IMG/VR virus record: IMGVR_UViG_3300033463_000054
Span: 1 to 64,000 of that record
Direction: 5' to 3' (one strand)
From: a virus
Taxonomy: Duplodnaviria > Caudoviricetes
DNA: 64,000 nucleotides
This document shows positions 1 through 9,100 of the stretch, one piece after another. The notes below the pieces were generated by a model. That model did not search any database. It was not told the origin of the DNA and was given only the letters and a program-made list of their open reading frames with translations. Each line of letters opens with the position of its first letter. Position 1 is the stretch's first letter. The position numbers and the translations under genes are program-made.

Positions 1-148
1 TAAACTCTTCATGACAATCATTACGGCTATTCTCTTTAGCTAGCGCATAGGTAGTGATAGTAACATGAAAGTCAATAGATTCATCAAGGGTGCCATATTG
101 CTCTCTAATATTACGTATGAACTTTCGTCTATTAGACTTTTTACTCAT
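1..148 (-). CDS. hypothetical protein (partial, runs off window start)
   Basis: ATG at 148-146 overlaps the stop of the 148..459 ORF; frame MSKKSNRRKFIRNIREQYG... stays open to base 1. Confidence 0.55.
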   Translation of the reverse strand, partial: MSKKSNRRKFIRNIREQYGTLDESIDFHVTITTYALAKENSRNDCHEEF

Positions 149-459
149 CAAATATCACTCCTCTTAAGCTTTGTAAAGTCTATACCAGAGAGCTTATTAA
201 GCGCTTGTACCCAAAGCTGACGATCAGCCATCTCAAATATAAGTTTTTTCTGTTCGCCATCTTTGAATGACATAGTGATGGTGTAGATGGGCTTAGTTAC
301 ATATGAAGATGTCTGACCGGGATAGTTTTTAGGAAAACCCTTAGGTAAAGGCGTTTCGTCTTTTCTTTCCTCTTTCTCGAACTCGATCATCTTAATCTCC
401 TGATCGTCAAATATCAAGGGAATTTCAAAACCCTCAATGTTATCTACTATGATTTTCAT
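148..459 (-). CDS. hypothetical protein
   Basis: 103-aa ORF, tightly packed in minus-strand operon with GGAG upstream. Confidence 0.7.
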   Translation of the reverse strand: MKIIVDNIEGFEIPLIFDDQEIKMIEFEKEERKDETPLPKGFPKNYPGQTSSYVTKPIYTITMSFKDGEQKKLIFEMADRQLWVQALNKLSGIDFTKLKRSDI

Positions 460-465
460 AACCGA

Positions 466-810
466 TTACTCCTTTTCACATTCACAGTTATCGCATAATC
501 CACAAGGTCCTTTAGCCGGTTCTGGAGGGTCTGTTAACAGATTTTTCCATGCCATTTGAATTTTATATGCGTCATCCTGTACTGTTTTTTCAAGATTATC
601 TGAAACCTTAGCTCTCTCATAAATATCACGAACCATTTCTTTAATCTCATCTTTATACTTGTCTGCTAAGTCAGGTATTTCATGAGTATACACTGGTCTA
701 CCCTCAAGCTTTTCTAAAACATCATACATATACTTAAGATCTTCACCCTCAACCAGAACAATTTCTGTATATAGCGATATAACAGCCAAATCTCTAACAG
801 TTAAACTCAT
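466..810 (-). CDS. hypothetical protein with C-terminal Cys cluster
   Basis: 114 aa, ends CGLCDNCEC; 4-nt overlap with upstream gene. Confidence 0.7.
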   Translation of the reverse strand: MSLTVRDLAVISLYTEIVLVEGEDLKYMYDVLEKLEGRPVYTHEIPDLADKYKDEIKEMVRDIYERAKVSDNLEKTVQDDAYKIQMAWKNLLTDPPEPAKGPCGLCDNCECEKE

Positions 811-1199
811 ACATTTTTCTCCTTATCTTCAACATTAACACAAATATGATAATTAACCTTACACGGACTGTCAGGATTAAAAGGTATTGTGCTACCTGAA
901 CCCACAGTCGTGAGTCTACAATACACATGCTCGTCATCGTCACATCTTATACGACGTGGATGAAAGAGACAAATATCATAGTCTTTACCTCGTGTAAGTC
1001 GATTTATCTTCTCATCAAATTCCTGCAAATCCTCGTGAGTTATGGTGCGAATTGTACCGAGTTCATACTTCTCACCCGACACATGTTCATCCATGTCCTC
1101 CACGAGCTGTGTACAAAGTTTCTGGAAAATATCAAGCATCCCGCTATCGATCCTTTCCTTATTAATCTGTTCTGGTGTAGTATTTTCGAAACACCTCAT
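807..1199 (-). CDS. hypothetical protein
   Basis: 130-aa ORF in operon. Confidence 0.6.
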   Translation of the reverse strand: MRCFENTTPEQINKERIDSGMLDIFQKLCTQLVEDMDEHVSGEKYELGTIRTITHEDLQEFDEKINRLTRGKDYDICLFHPRRIRCDDDEHVYCRLTTVGSGSTIPFNPDSPCKVNYHICVNVEDKEKNV

Positions 1200-1446
1200 A
1201 TCGTTTAGTTCCTTTAGGACACACTACCCTTGCTACTCTCCATTCTCCGTTTGCTCCTCTATACCTAGTCTGATAAATAGGATAGCCTTCTCTCTTAAGC
1301 ATCCTCATAGCTTTGAGAAACGTGTTACCATGCACATCATACTTATTCCTATATTCACCATCCTTAGAAATATCAATAGGTATATGTTCCTTACTGAGTA
1401 AAGATTTAGTCTCTTCTACTATCCTATTAGCAGCTATTACTTTCAT
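1162..1446 (-). CDS. hypothetical basic protein
   Basis: 94 aa, GGAGGA RBS upstream. Confidence 0.65.
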   Translation of the reverse strand: MKVIAANRIVEETKSLLSKEHIPIDISKDGEYRNKYDVHGNTFLKAMRMLKREGYPIYQTRYRGANGEWRVARVVCPKGTKRYEVFRKYYTRTD

Positions 1447-1509
1447 TAGTTATTCCTCCAAATATAAAACTAAAAGAGAAAGGGAATGTTACTCCCCAGT
1501 CTCGTTTAA

Positions 1510-1917
1510 TCAACCTATTTTCTTGAATATTATTCTTATCATTTTCATTTCTATAAATGCGTCGATCTCGGTATTTTCTATCAAAAGTGATTTATGAATA
1601 CAATCGCTTCCGTCTTCGTCGTGATACGCGCACATAACATCCATAAACCAATGTACTATCATTTTTAGCGTTTTTACTTTGTTATCGATTTCATCTTCAG
1701 TAAACCAAGTGTCTATAAACTCAGTTATTGAATCTGATATTTCCGAAAAAACATCGTATTCGCTGCATCTTATTACATAGGTTATAATGTCATATAAATT
1801 ATATGCGGGTACTGTTGTGCCGTCAAATATCATTTGTAATTCACCATAATCGTATCCTTTTAAAGTTCTTACCTCGATGCAATTATTTTTGCCTACTTTT
1901 TTTACATTTTCATTCAT
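1510..1917 (-). CDS. hypothetical protein in a stand-alone promoter/terminator cassette (moron)
   Basis: 135 aa, GGAGG RBS; 27-bp motif at 1956-1982 upstream, TAACA-loop hairpin at about 1475-1503 downstream. Confidence 0.75.
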   Translation of the reverse strand: MNENVKKVGKNNCIEVRTLKGYDYGELQMIFDGTTVPAYNLYDIITYVIRCSEYDVFSEISDSITEFIDTWFTEDEIDNKVKTLKMIVHWFMDVMCAYHDEDGSDCIHKSLLIENTEIDAFIEMKMIRIIFKKIG

Positions 1918-1955
1918 AATAATACCTCCAAAAAATAAATATTAGGACATCTAGT

Positions 1956-1982
1956 CCATATAAGGAGATGTATTTATTGCGA
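1956..1982 (-). promoter_or_regulatory. 27-bp phage promoter-like motif (outlying copy)
   Basis: TCGCA-ATAAA-TACAT-CTCC-TTATATGG; same spacing as 11 other copies. Confidence 0.75.
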
Positions 1983-2003
1983 GATTAAAGATCGTTGAAA
2001 ATA

Positions 2004-3233
2004 TCAAAAGAACGCTTCACACCACTTACGCTCGTTAAACTTCTTCTTTTTATTAAGTGCACCATTAATAGCAAGATCAATAGAAGCCTTGGAACGCAAA
2101 TGATAGTAATATAAATCGATGTATGGAGTGTTAAGTCGGTCGATTCGTCCACATGCTTGTTCTAACTGCTTGTATGAATACGTCTGACTGTAAAATATCA
2201 CAGCGTTTGTTTCGATGCAGTTCCATCCTTCGCAACCAGCAGTATACTGAACCAAATAAACCCACTTCTTAGTCTTAGGTATGAGCTCATGTCTGTGTCC
2301 ATTCCACTCCGCTACAGCTACATCCGAACCATAATTGATACTACGCAAAATATCAAGCTCGTAGTCATAGTTATAGAAAACAATCACTCGACCATGTTTA
2401 TTCACAAGCCCTCGTAAAATATCAATTCGACTCTGATCCTCATTGACTATTCTTCTGAGTGTATAACATAACTCGCCAGCATTTAATATGGGTTCGTTTG
2501 TATAGGGATTGAATCGACTCTTTATTGTTTGTTTGTACTTGTCTCTGTCGAACTCACAGAAAATATCATTGTGGTGTCTAACCGTCTGTCGCTGAAAGTC
2601 CATATCGACCAAAATAGCATTACGAAGTCTAATAAGTCTCCCCACATTGTCATAACGATCAATCTGAGGAAACTTACTAAACCTTTTCCAAATAACATGT
2701 TGTTTCTCGAACTCTGTCTTATTAGCATAGAAACCATTAGCGATAAAGACCGGAATATAATCCGACCATGTATCACCCGGAGTTGCCGACAGCAGAATCC
2801 AGTTATTCCTACGACTTATCTTAATGAAAGTCTTACTCCACTTCCCATAACCTACGACTCGCTGCTCATCAAATATAAAGAACGCTCCCTCTACGTCCTT
2901 ATACTTGTGAATGTTATTCCACGAATCAATGACTACATGATGGTACTTATAACGATTCATTTCGTCACTAGTTGAGAGATGGAAAGGGACGAGTTCGTCA
3001 TCCCATTCCAAAGTATCTCTCTTACGTGCAGTGGTGATAATATAGAGATCTTTTCGAGTTTCTGCAGTATCCCACATAGGCTCGTACTCGTCTCCATAAA
3101 TATCACCGCCACACAGGTCGAAGTAATAAGCTATGGCCGTACGAGATTTACCAGAACCTACGCCACCACATAATATGCAGCCATCGTGTAACTCTCTAAT
3201 AGCTGCGAACTGATAATCTCGTAAACCAAACAT
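2004..3233 (-). CDS. superfamily 2 (SNF2/DEAD-like) helicase
   Basis: LRDYQ, Walker A GGVGSGKS, Walker B FIFDEQ, SATP motif III, QACGRIDR motif VI. Confidence 0.9.
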   Translation of the reverse strand: MFGLRDYQFAAIRELHDGCILCGGVGSGKSRTAIAYYFDLCGGDIYGDEYEPMWDTAETRKDLYIITTARKRDTLEWDDELVPFHLSTSDEMNRYKYHHVVIDSWNNIHKYKDVEGAFFIFDEQRVVGYGKWSKTFIKISRRNNWILLSATPGDTWSDYIPVFIANGFYANKTEFEKQHVIWKRFSKFPQIDRYDNVGRLIRLRNAILVDMDFQRQTVRHHNDIFCEFDRDKYKQTIKSRFNPYTNEPILNAGELCYTLRRIVNEDQSRIDILRGLVNKHGRVIVFYNYDYELDILRSINYGSDVAVAEWNGHRHELIPKTKKWVYLVQYTAGCEGWNCIETNAVIFYSQTYSYKQLEQACGRIDRLNTPYIDLYYYHLRSKASIDLAINGALNKKKKFNERKWCEAFF

Positions 3234-3424
3234 TACTTATCCTTCTGTCCTTTATTATCGTGTTTACTCAGCGCATCCTTGAACATCAGTGGTTTACGTG
3301 AGTTGTAGTTAACAGGGTTTGTGAGACACTCGTAACAAGGATCTTCCGTCTCACTTTTGTCGTAGTATCTGCAGTCTTTACAGAACTTTTCAAACTCTAC
3401 GAACATTTCGGTGGTTTCAGCCAA
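3233..3424 (-). CDS. small Cys-rich (putative Zn-binding) protein
   Basis: CKDC...CYEC in 63 aa; GGAGG RBS; stop overlaps helicase start. Confidence 0.65.
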   Translation of the reverse strand: MAETTEMFVEFEKFCKDCRYYDKSETEDPCYECLTNPVNYNSRKPLMFKDALSKHDNKGQKDK

Positions 3425-3453
3425 GGGAAACGCCTCCTTTAAATATCAATTAC

Positions 3454-4449
3454 TTACTCGTGACCAAGCTCTTCGCAATAGCCAATATAGCTGTGAAGTG
3501 TGAGATATGCGTTATAGATTTCACCCATAGCTATAAAGTTTATTACGGCAGTAAGCTCATAACCGAGTTTCTTATCCTTACAATAGTCAGCAACATCGAT
3601 TCTGTCTCTATAAGGATGACCGGTCAAAACACAGTGATCGGACTTCGACAGAATATAATTGTGATATCTGAACAGATACCATTCCGCCTTCTTGAGGTCC
3701 TCCATAAACTTGTCTTCGTCCTTCTTACCAGCTCTAGAAATATACTTTACAGCATTACCTGCATGATACGATAGCTGATACTGTTCAATGAAGTCTATAA
3801 CCTCATACTTGCCATCCGTATAATGGCTAGGATGATTTACGACGTCTTCTTCCTCATCCTCGTCGTAATCAACGTGGTCCTGAATATTATTGACCTTAGC
3901 TACTTTGACGAATTCATTGTGCATCTTCTTAGGAATCCACCAATACTGACCTTCTTTGCTTTCTTCCTCAATGTCATCATCAGCAATAACACTAGTAACC
4001 TCGGAACGATGAAGATCAAGAGCATCAGCTACCTCGTCTACAGTATATCCGGACTTGATCATATTCTTAATCTTATGTCTAATTCTAAGATCGGAATCCG
4101 CAACCTTCTCCTTGAGATAATCGATAGTTTCGCGATCTTCCTGAGCATCTTCACTAATGTTGTCCATCTCGGTGATTACATTCTCAATACTTTCATCGTG
4201 CTTAAAGAGCTGATCGGAGTGCTGTCTGAGAATCTTATTGACATCGTTAATCTTGGCGTCTACACGATCATCTCTCATTTTAAGCTGATACTTGAAAATA
4301 TCAAGATCGCCCTTCGTGATCATGTCTTTATTAATAGACTTAATAGAATCACCGAATCTAGTATTGAGTTCAGCAATCTGAGCATCGGATTCCATAATCA
4401 TCTCATAGAGCTTCTTCATAGTAAGAGGGTTATTATTATTAAATTCCAT
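3454..4449 (-). CDS. coiled-coil/HTH protein with C-terminal DUF3310 (SaV-like) domain
   Basis: VNHPSHYT-G-YEVIDFIE...GNAVKYISRAGKK...DLKKAEWYL signature; N-terminal coiled coil and GYTVDEVADALDL HTH-like segment. Confidence 0.75.
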   Translation of the reverse strand: MEFNNNNPLTMKKLYEMIMESDAQIAELNTRFGDSIKSINKDMITKGDLDIFKYQLKMRDDRVDAKINDVNKILRQHSDQLFKHDESIENVITEMDNISEDAQEDRETIDYLKEKVADSDLRIRHKIKNMIKSGYTVDEVADALDLHRSEVTSVIADDDIEEESKEGQYWWIPKKMHNEFVKVAKVNNIQDHVDYDEDEEEDVVNHPSHYTDGKYEVIDFIEQYQLSYHAGNAVKYISRAGKKDEDKFMEDLKKAEWYLFRYHNYILSKSDHCVLTGHPYRDRIDVADYCKDKKLGYELTAVINFIAMGEIYNAYLTLHSYIGYCEELGHE

Positions 4450-4489
4450 AAATATAAATCTCCTTTATTAAAGTCAAATGAAATATAAA

Positions 4490-5134
4490 TTAGTCGATTA
4501 CTTCTTCTCTTTCTTCAAGACCTGCTCCAGTGCTAACATCTTCCATCTCGCCCTCATCCACGTTTTCATCAGCAAGACGTACATAATTCTCGTGCTTAAG
4601 TCTCTGAACAGCCTCGTTATCGAGATAGATCCTCGAACCCGTAGCGCCGTTCTGATGCTGGTACTTGCCACGATAACCTCTCTCAGAAGGATTCTTGAGC
4701 TCCTCAAATACTATCTGGCAAATTCTACGACCTGTTTCGAGCTGGATAGATGAATTGCCTGTGTTTACGAGCTCCAGAGTTATCTGACCGTCAAAACCGG
4801 GATCGATGAAACCAGCGTTATGAATAAAGAGACCCATGCGACCGATAGACGATCTACCTTCAAGTCTAGCACAAATATCAAGAGGCAAGCTTACCCTCTC
4901 GAGAGTTGTAGCAAGGATCATATGTCCGGGAAACAGTACGAACTTATTGTTGTTGATGCTCTTGTAATGTATCTTAGAGCAAAGATTGGCCTTATGGAGA
5001 GGCTCGGGAACCAGAAAATGATTACCTAGTCTTAAATCGAGTGAAGCAGGCTGTATCTGTCCTTCAGAAATAGGGTCTATAACAATGTGACCGCTAGAAA
5101 GTGCTTCTCTAATATCGTAATCGCTGTAGATCAT
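4490..5134 (-). CDS. dcd: dCTP deaminase
   Basis: QIQPASLDLRLG, EGRSSIGRMGL, AGFIDPGFDGQITLEL, RICQIVF, YRGKYQ motifs. Confidence 0.93.
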   Translation of the reverse strand: MIYSDYDIREALSSGHIVIDPISEGQIQPASLDLRLGNHFLVPEPLHKANLCSKIHYKSINNNKFVLFPGHMILATTLERVSLPLDICARLEGRSSIGRMGLFIHNAGFIDPGFDGQITLELVNTGNSSIQLETGRRICQIVFEELKNPSERGYRGKYQHQNGATGSRIYLDNEAVQRLKHENYVRLADENVDEGEMEDVSTGAGLEEREEVID

Positions 5135-5206
5135 AAATTATTAACTCCTTTAAAAATATAATGAGGAGCTGCATGTAATCACACAACTCCTCTTAAACAT
5201 CAGAAA

Positions 5207-5797
5207 TCAATCGGGAAAGGGATTGTCTCTGTCGTCATCCTCATAATCGAGATCTTTGAACTTATACGCAAATGCATCCTCAGGAATATCCTGATAAACA
5301 TACATGGTATTAATCCAAAGCTGGTACTTACCATTATTCTTCTTCTCTCTACCACGACCGAGAACCACGTCGATACCGCGAACATGCATATCATCGATAA
5401 TACCGACAGTCTCTTCAGTGAGATCAACAGGACGCTTCTTGGGAGCTACGAGCTTAACTATGGTCTTCGAACCGAAAGTAAGCTTGATCTTTGTAATATA
5501 AACAGGATCCGCTACATCGATATCGTCCTTGGGCGTAGTCTCCCACATATCGATCTCGTACTGCTTAAATACATCGACCATGTCCTTAGGAACAGTGATG
5601 TTACAGAACCTCTCGTCAGTCTTAAATTCACGACCAACCTTAGGCTTTATAACTCTTGTCTCGCCTGCAAAGTTACGATTGTACTTATCCTCAGGACCAT
5701 GTCTTTCCCTAGGATTGGCTCTCATTTCGACGTCGTTGAGAACAAAAGTCACATAGCCATTGTTCTCGTAAAAACTATTCTCTGGCATAAATATCAA
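5207..5797 (-). CDS. putative single-stranded DNA-binding protein
   Basis: RNFAGE motif, acidic C-terminal tail ending DDDRDNPFPD, close to the polymerase gene. Confidence 0.6.
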   Translation of the reverse strand: MIFMPENSFYENNGYVTFVLNDVEMRANPRERHGPEDKYNRNFAGETRVIKPKVGREFKTDERFCNITVPKDMVDVFKQYEIDMWETTPKDDIDVADPVYITKIKLTFGSKTIVKLVAPKKRPVDLTEETVGIIDDMHVRGIDVVLGRGREKKNNGKYQLWINTMYVYQDIPEDAFAYKFKDLDYEDDDRDNPFPD

Positions 5798-5985
5798 GCC
5801 TCCTCGACGTCTGTGTCACCGTCAACAGTGTCGAGAGCAGGAGTCTCCTCTATCTCTGTCTCGATGAGTTCAACGCCGTCTGCCTCAGCGGTTCTCTTCT
5901 CGACCTCACGACCGATAAAATATCCAGCTGTGCCACCAACTGCTGTTCCGATTGCTGCTCCAATGATTGCCTTTGATACTTTCAT
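5794..5985 (-). CDS. small membrane-anchored acidic protein
   Basis: N-terminal GxxxG hydrophobic helix, acidic tail, AGGAGG RBS. Confidence 0.7.
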   Translation of the reverse strand: MKVSKAIIGAAIGTAVGGTAGYFIGREVEKRTAEADGVELIETEIEETPALDTVDGDTDVEEA

Positions 5986-6033
5986 TTTGAAAGTCCTCCT
6001 TATAAAAAATTTTTAATAAAAAATATAAAGACA

Positions 6034-6117
6034 AAGGTAAAATGGGATTCGAACCCATAAGCTCCGAATTTTCATATAAGTTCTGATTCGGCGTTTTCAC
6101 CGTTAAACTATTTACAT
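6034..6117 (-). tRNA. tRNA-like RNA with expanded (18-nt) anticodon loop; identity unassignable, no encoded CCA
   Basis: acceptor ATGTAAA/TTTACCT (one mismatch), T8A9, D arm GTTT-AACGGTGA-AAAC, anticodon stem CCGAA/TTCGG, variable AGCTT, T arm ATGGG-TTCGAAT-CCCAT. Confidence 0.7.
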
Positions 6118-6123
6118 TTATCT

Positions 6124-6150
6124 CCATATAAGCGTATGGTTTAATTGCGA
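6124..6150 (-). promoter_or_regulatory. 27-bp promoter-like motif immediately upstream of the tRNA-like RNA
   Basis: TCGCA-ATTAA-ACCAT-ACGC-TTATATGG ending 6 nt before the tRNA-like 5' end. Confidence 0.7.
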
Positions 6151-6153
6151 ATA

Positions 6154-9100
6154 TCAAAACGGTAATCCGTCATCATCCGCAAAGAAATCGCCATATTGGG
6201 TAATGTTTTCATATGCGTCGTCAACAAGCTGTCTATAATACGAAATATCAATGATGTCTTCGCCTTTATCCTTAAGAGCCTTGACTGATTCGCTATCAAG
6301 CCAACGATAATCCTTAGTTCCAGCAGCAAACGCATAACCCTCATCCGTCTTACGAACAAGTTTACCGCCACCACGAGTAACTGGTATGAACAAACCAACA
6401 CGACCAATGAACCTATAATCGTGACCTTTCTCGATTTCTGCGTTAAGAATATCAATTTCCTTAAGTATTTCCTTTTCAGACATGCCACGATACTTGACCG
6501 GCAGACTCGAAATTGCTACATCGGGAAGATTCATCTTATTAAGAGCAGCCTTAGCCTTACCGAGTTCTTTCTCCTGCTCTGATACGTCAGGAAGTGTTTC
6601 GTTCATATCCAAATATAAAGAAGTGTTCACGTTGACTGTAACGCCAAGATCATAGAAGTCAATATCCTCATGACTAAAGAGAGTCTTAAATACATAAGGA
6701 ACGTCGAACTCTTTACCTGTAGCTGTCCAACCACCATGTTTCTCATACTTCTTGGAATTGTCTTTAGGAATATAGCCATAATAATCCTGACACTTAGCAG
6801 GGTCTAAATATCTAGCAATATATACTGCGTTGTTGACAAGAGCCATCTTCTCATATGTTGCCTCATGCTCGAACGTATACCCATAAAGCTTACCGTAATC
6901 GTTCACAAACTGGATGATTTCACGGTTTGCATTAGGTATTTTGATCGAGTCTGTCTTTATATGAGCCACAGTAAACCCACGAGCCTGAACTTCATGTTTG
7001 AGATTCACCATGAACAGAGCTCCACGCTTAGCGACAATGTTATCGATGTTACGCGGATCCTTAAACTGGTTCTTGAACTTAGCAGATGTTAACCCATATA
7101 CAGAGTTAATAGGTATTTTGAGCGCAGACGAAAGTGCTTCAGCCTCTTCTTCAGACTCGAGATACTTAGCGAGTTTACCATCAAACATATTACGTACTTT
7201 ATCATACTCTTTATGTTTAATGTATATACGTACATCAAGAAGATCAACAAATCTCTTAGTGTAAATATCGCCAAACAAATTCTCGGCTTTAATAGAATGA
7301 GGATGCATTGACGCAATATCAAGCAGAGCTACATTATAGTGAATACCCGGTTCAGCATAAACGTAACCGCCTTCGCCTATGAGCTCGCCTCGATACCACG
7401 ACTCCCATACGCCTTTCTCGCTCTTAGAATATGTATAACCCGGGAATACCGGTTTGTGGTCTTTAAATACAGTATAGTTCCAATCACAATCCATATTAGG
7501 AACGTCCTCAAGAATATCATTGACATCTTTAATAGGTATCCCCATGAAACGATAATTGAACTGTGATTGAGGATCTTTATTGCCACCAAATATAATTCTC
7601 GTAGTATGCTGATTGTTGGTGTCATTTACAGTCAATCCAGACAAGTCAGCAAGTATTTCTCTGGCCTTAAAGTCAGAATATCTTTCATTAAATACAGCTT
7701 CTGTTGCAATAACATCGTTATCACAATATTCAGCAACGGTGTCCCATAAAGATTCGGGTACAGGCTTATCCCACGGAAGATTAAGCTCTACGTGATGTAT
7801 ACCAAGCTCAATCTCCCATTTCTTAAGAGACTGTTTCTTAGAACAGAAATCATAAACATCTGTATAAGATATGTTATATGCATCCGAGAAGAAACAATCT
7901 TTATCACCTTTAGTTATTATTCGCTGAGATAATTCATATAACGCTTCATTAGAATATCCCATCAGTCTAGCGTAAATAAGATGGTTATCATACTTACGAC
8001 AATTGAAACCTACGAGCTTAAACTTAAGCAAGTTTTCAATATCAACTGGTCTAGGATTGATCATGCGTATTACTGGATTGTCTCCAGCTTTCTTGTAGTT
8101 AACAAGAAACAAATTAGGAAACACTTCTATATCGAAGAATACCAAATCGCCGTCTTGAACTTTTGCATCGGAAATATCGTCCGACTTAAATTTCATTTTG
8201 AGCGCTTTCTTTAAGCATCCTTCTGCCTGATGCGTAGAACCAGCAGCAAATGCACATACGTCATCACGAAGATCAGTAACGTCATACACAATGCCTGACC
8301 TATACGCCTCTTCAAGTGTTTCAAATATAAAGTTAATATTACTGGTCGTGTCAGGATGAACTTCTTTAGCGAGACAGCGTGCTATACGTCGTCTGAGTTG
8401 TCGTTCGTTCTGAATGCGGAAATCTTCCACGGGTCTCACTCCTTTCAGTGGTAATCCGCTCGATATGGTTGCCACTGGAATATCATTGCAAAGTGTGAGT
8501 TTCCTTCTCAAAGATTGTTTCCCTATAAAGACTTTAACTTCAACACCCTCATCATAAATTCTACTGAGATCATCAACGTTTCCAGAATATAAATAATGAA
8601 GATGCAGACCTCCACCAGATTTACTAGTTTCGGCATATGTCTTAGGAAACTTATTAGCAGCTTTCAAATTTAGTTCGAGTGACTTGTTTCCATCTTTGTC
8701 ACGAATATCAAAGTCAATGACTATGTGATTCTCTGGTACTCGAACGTAATGAAGCTCTTTAGTATTAATGTCTTTGAGTTTAGTCTTCACCTTACTCCAC
8801 GCAGACAATGGCTTTTCATCATCTGTGGTGTATTGTGCTGGACATTCCGCCAGTAAAATATCAATTAGAGACGATTGCTCTTTAAGGTCTAGCCATGTAG
8901 TTAAATTCTTACGAACAGGAACAGTCTTCTTAACATCATTCTTTTCGAGTTTTGATGCTTTGAAACCCCGATAAAGTTTTCTGACATGCGTCCCATCCGG
9001 TAAATATGTACTTTCCACAACTTCGTCAAAGTAATTAGCAAGTTCTTCTTTAAATATCCTTAGAGGTAAAGTATGCATATTTGCATCGTCGCAATAATTC

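Noticed and set aside
6034-6117. Standard tRNA (Ser-AGA or Ile-TAT)
   Set aside because: The loop is 18 nt and no reading gives a canonical 7-nt loop with U33, so no anticodon was assigned.
5906-6157. 83-aa ORF over the tRNA-like element
   Set aside because: It overlaps the promoter motif, the tRNA-like fold and the next gene, and has no protein features.
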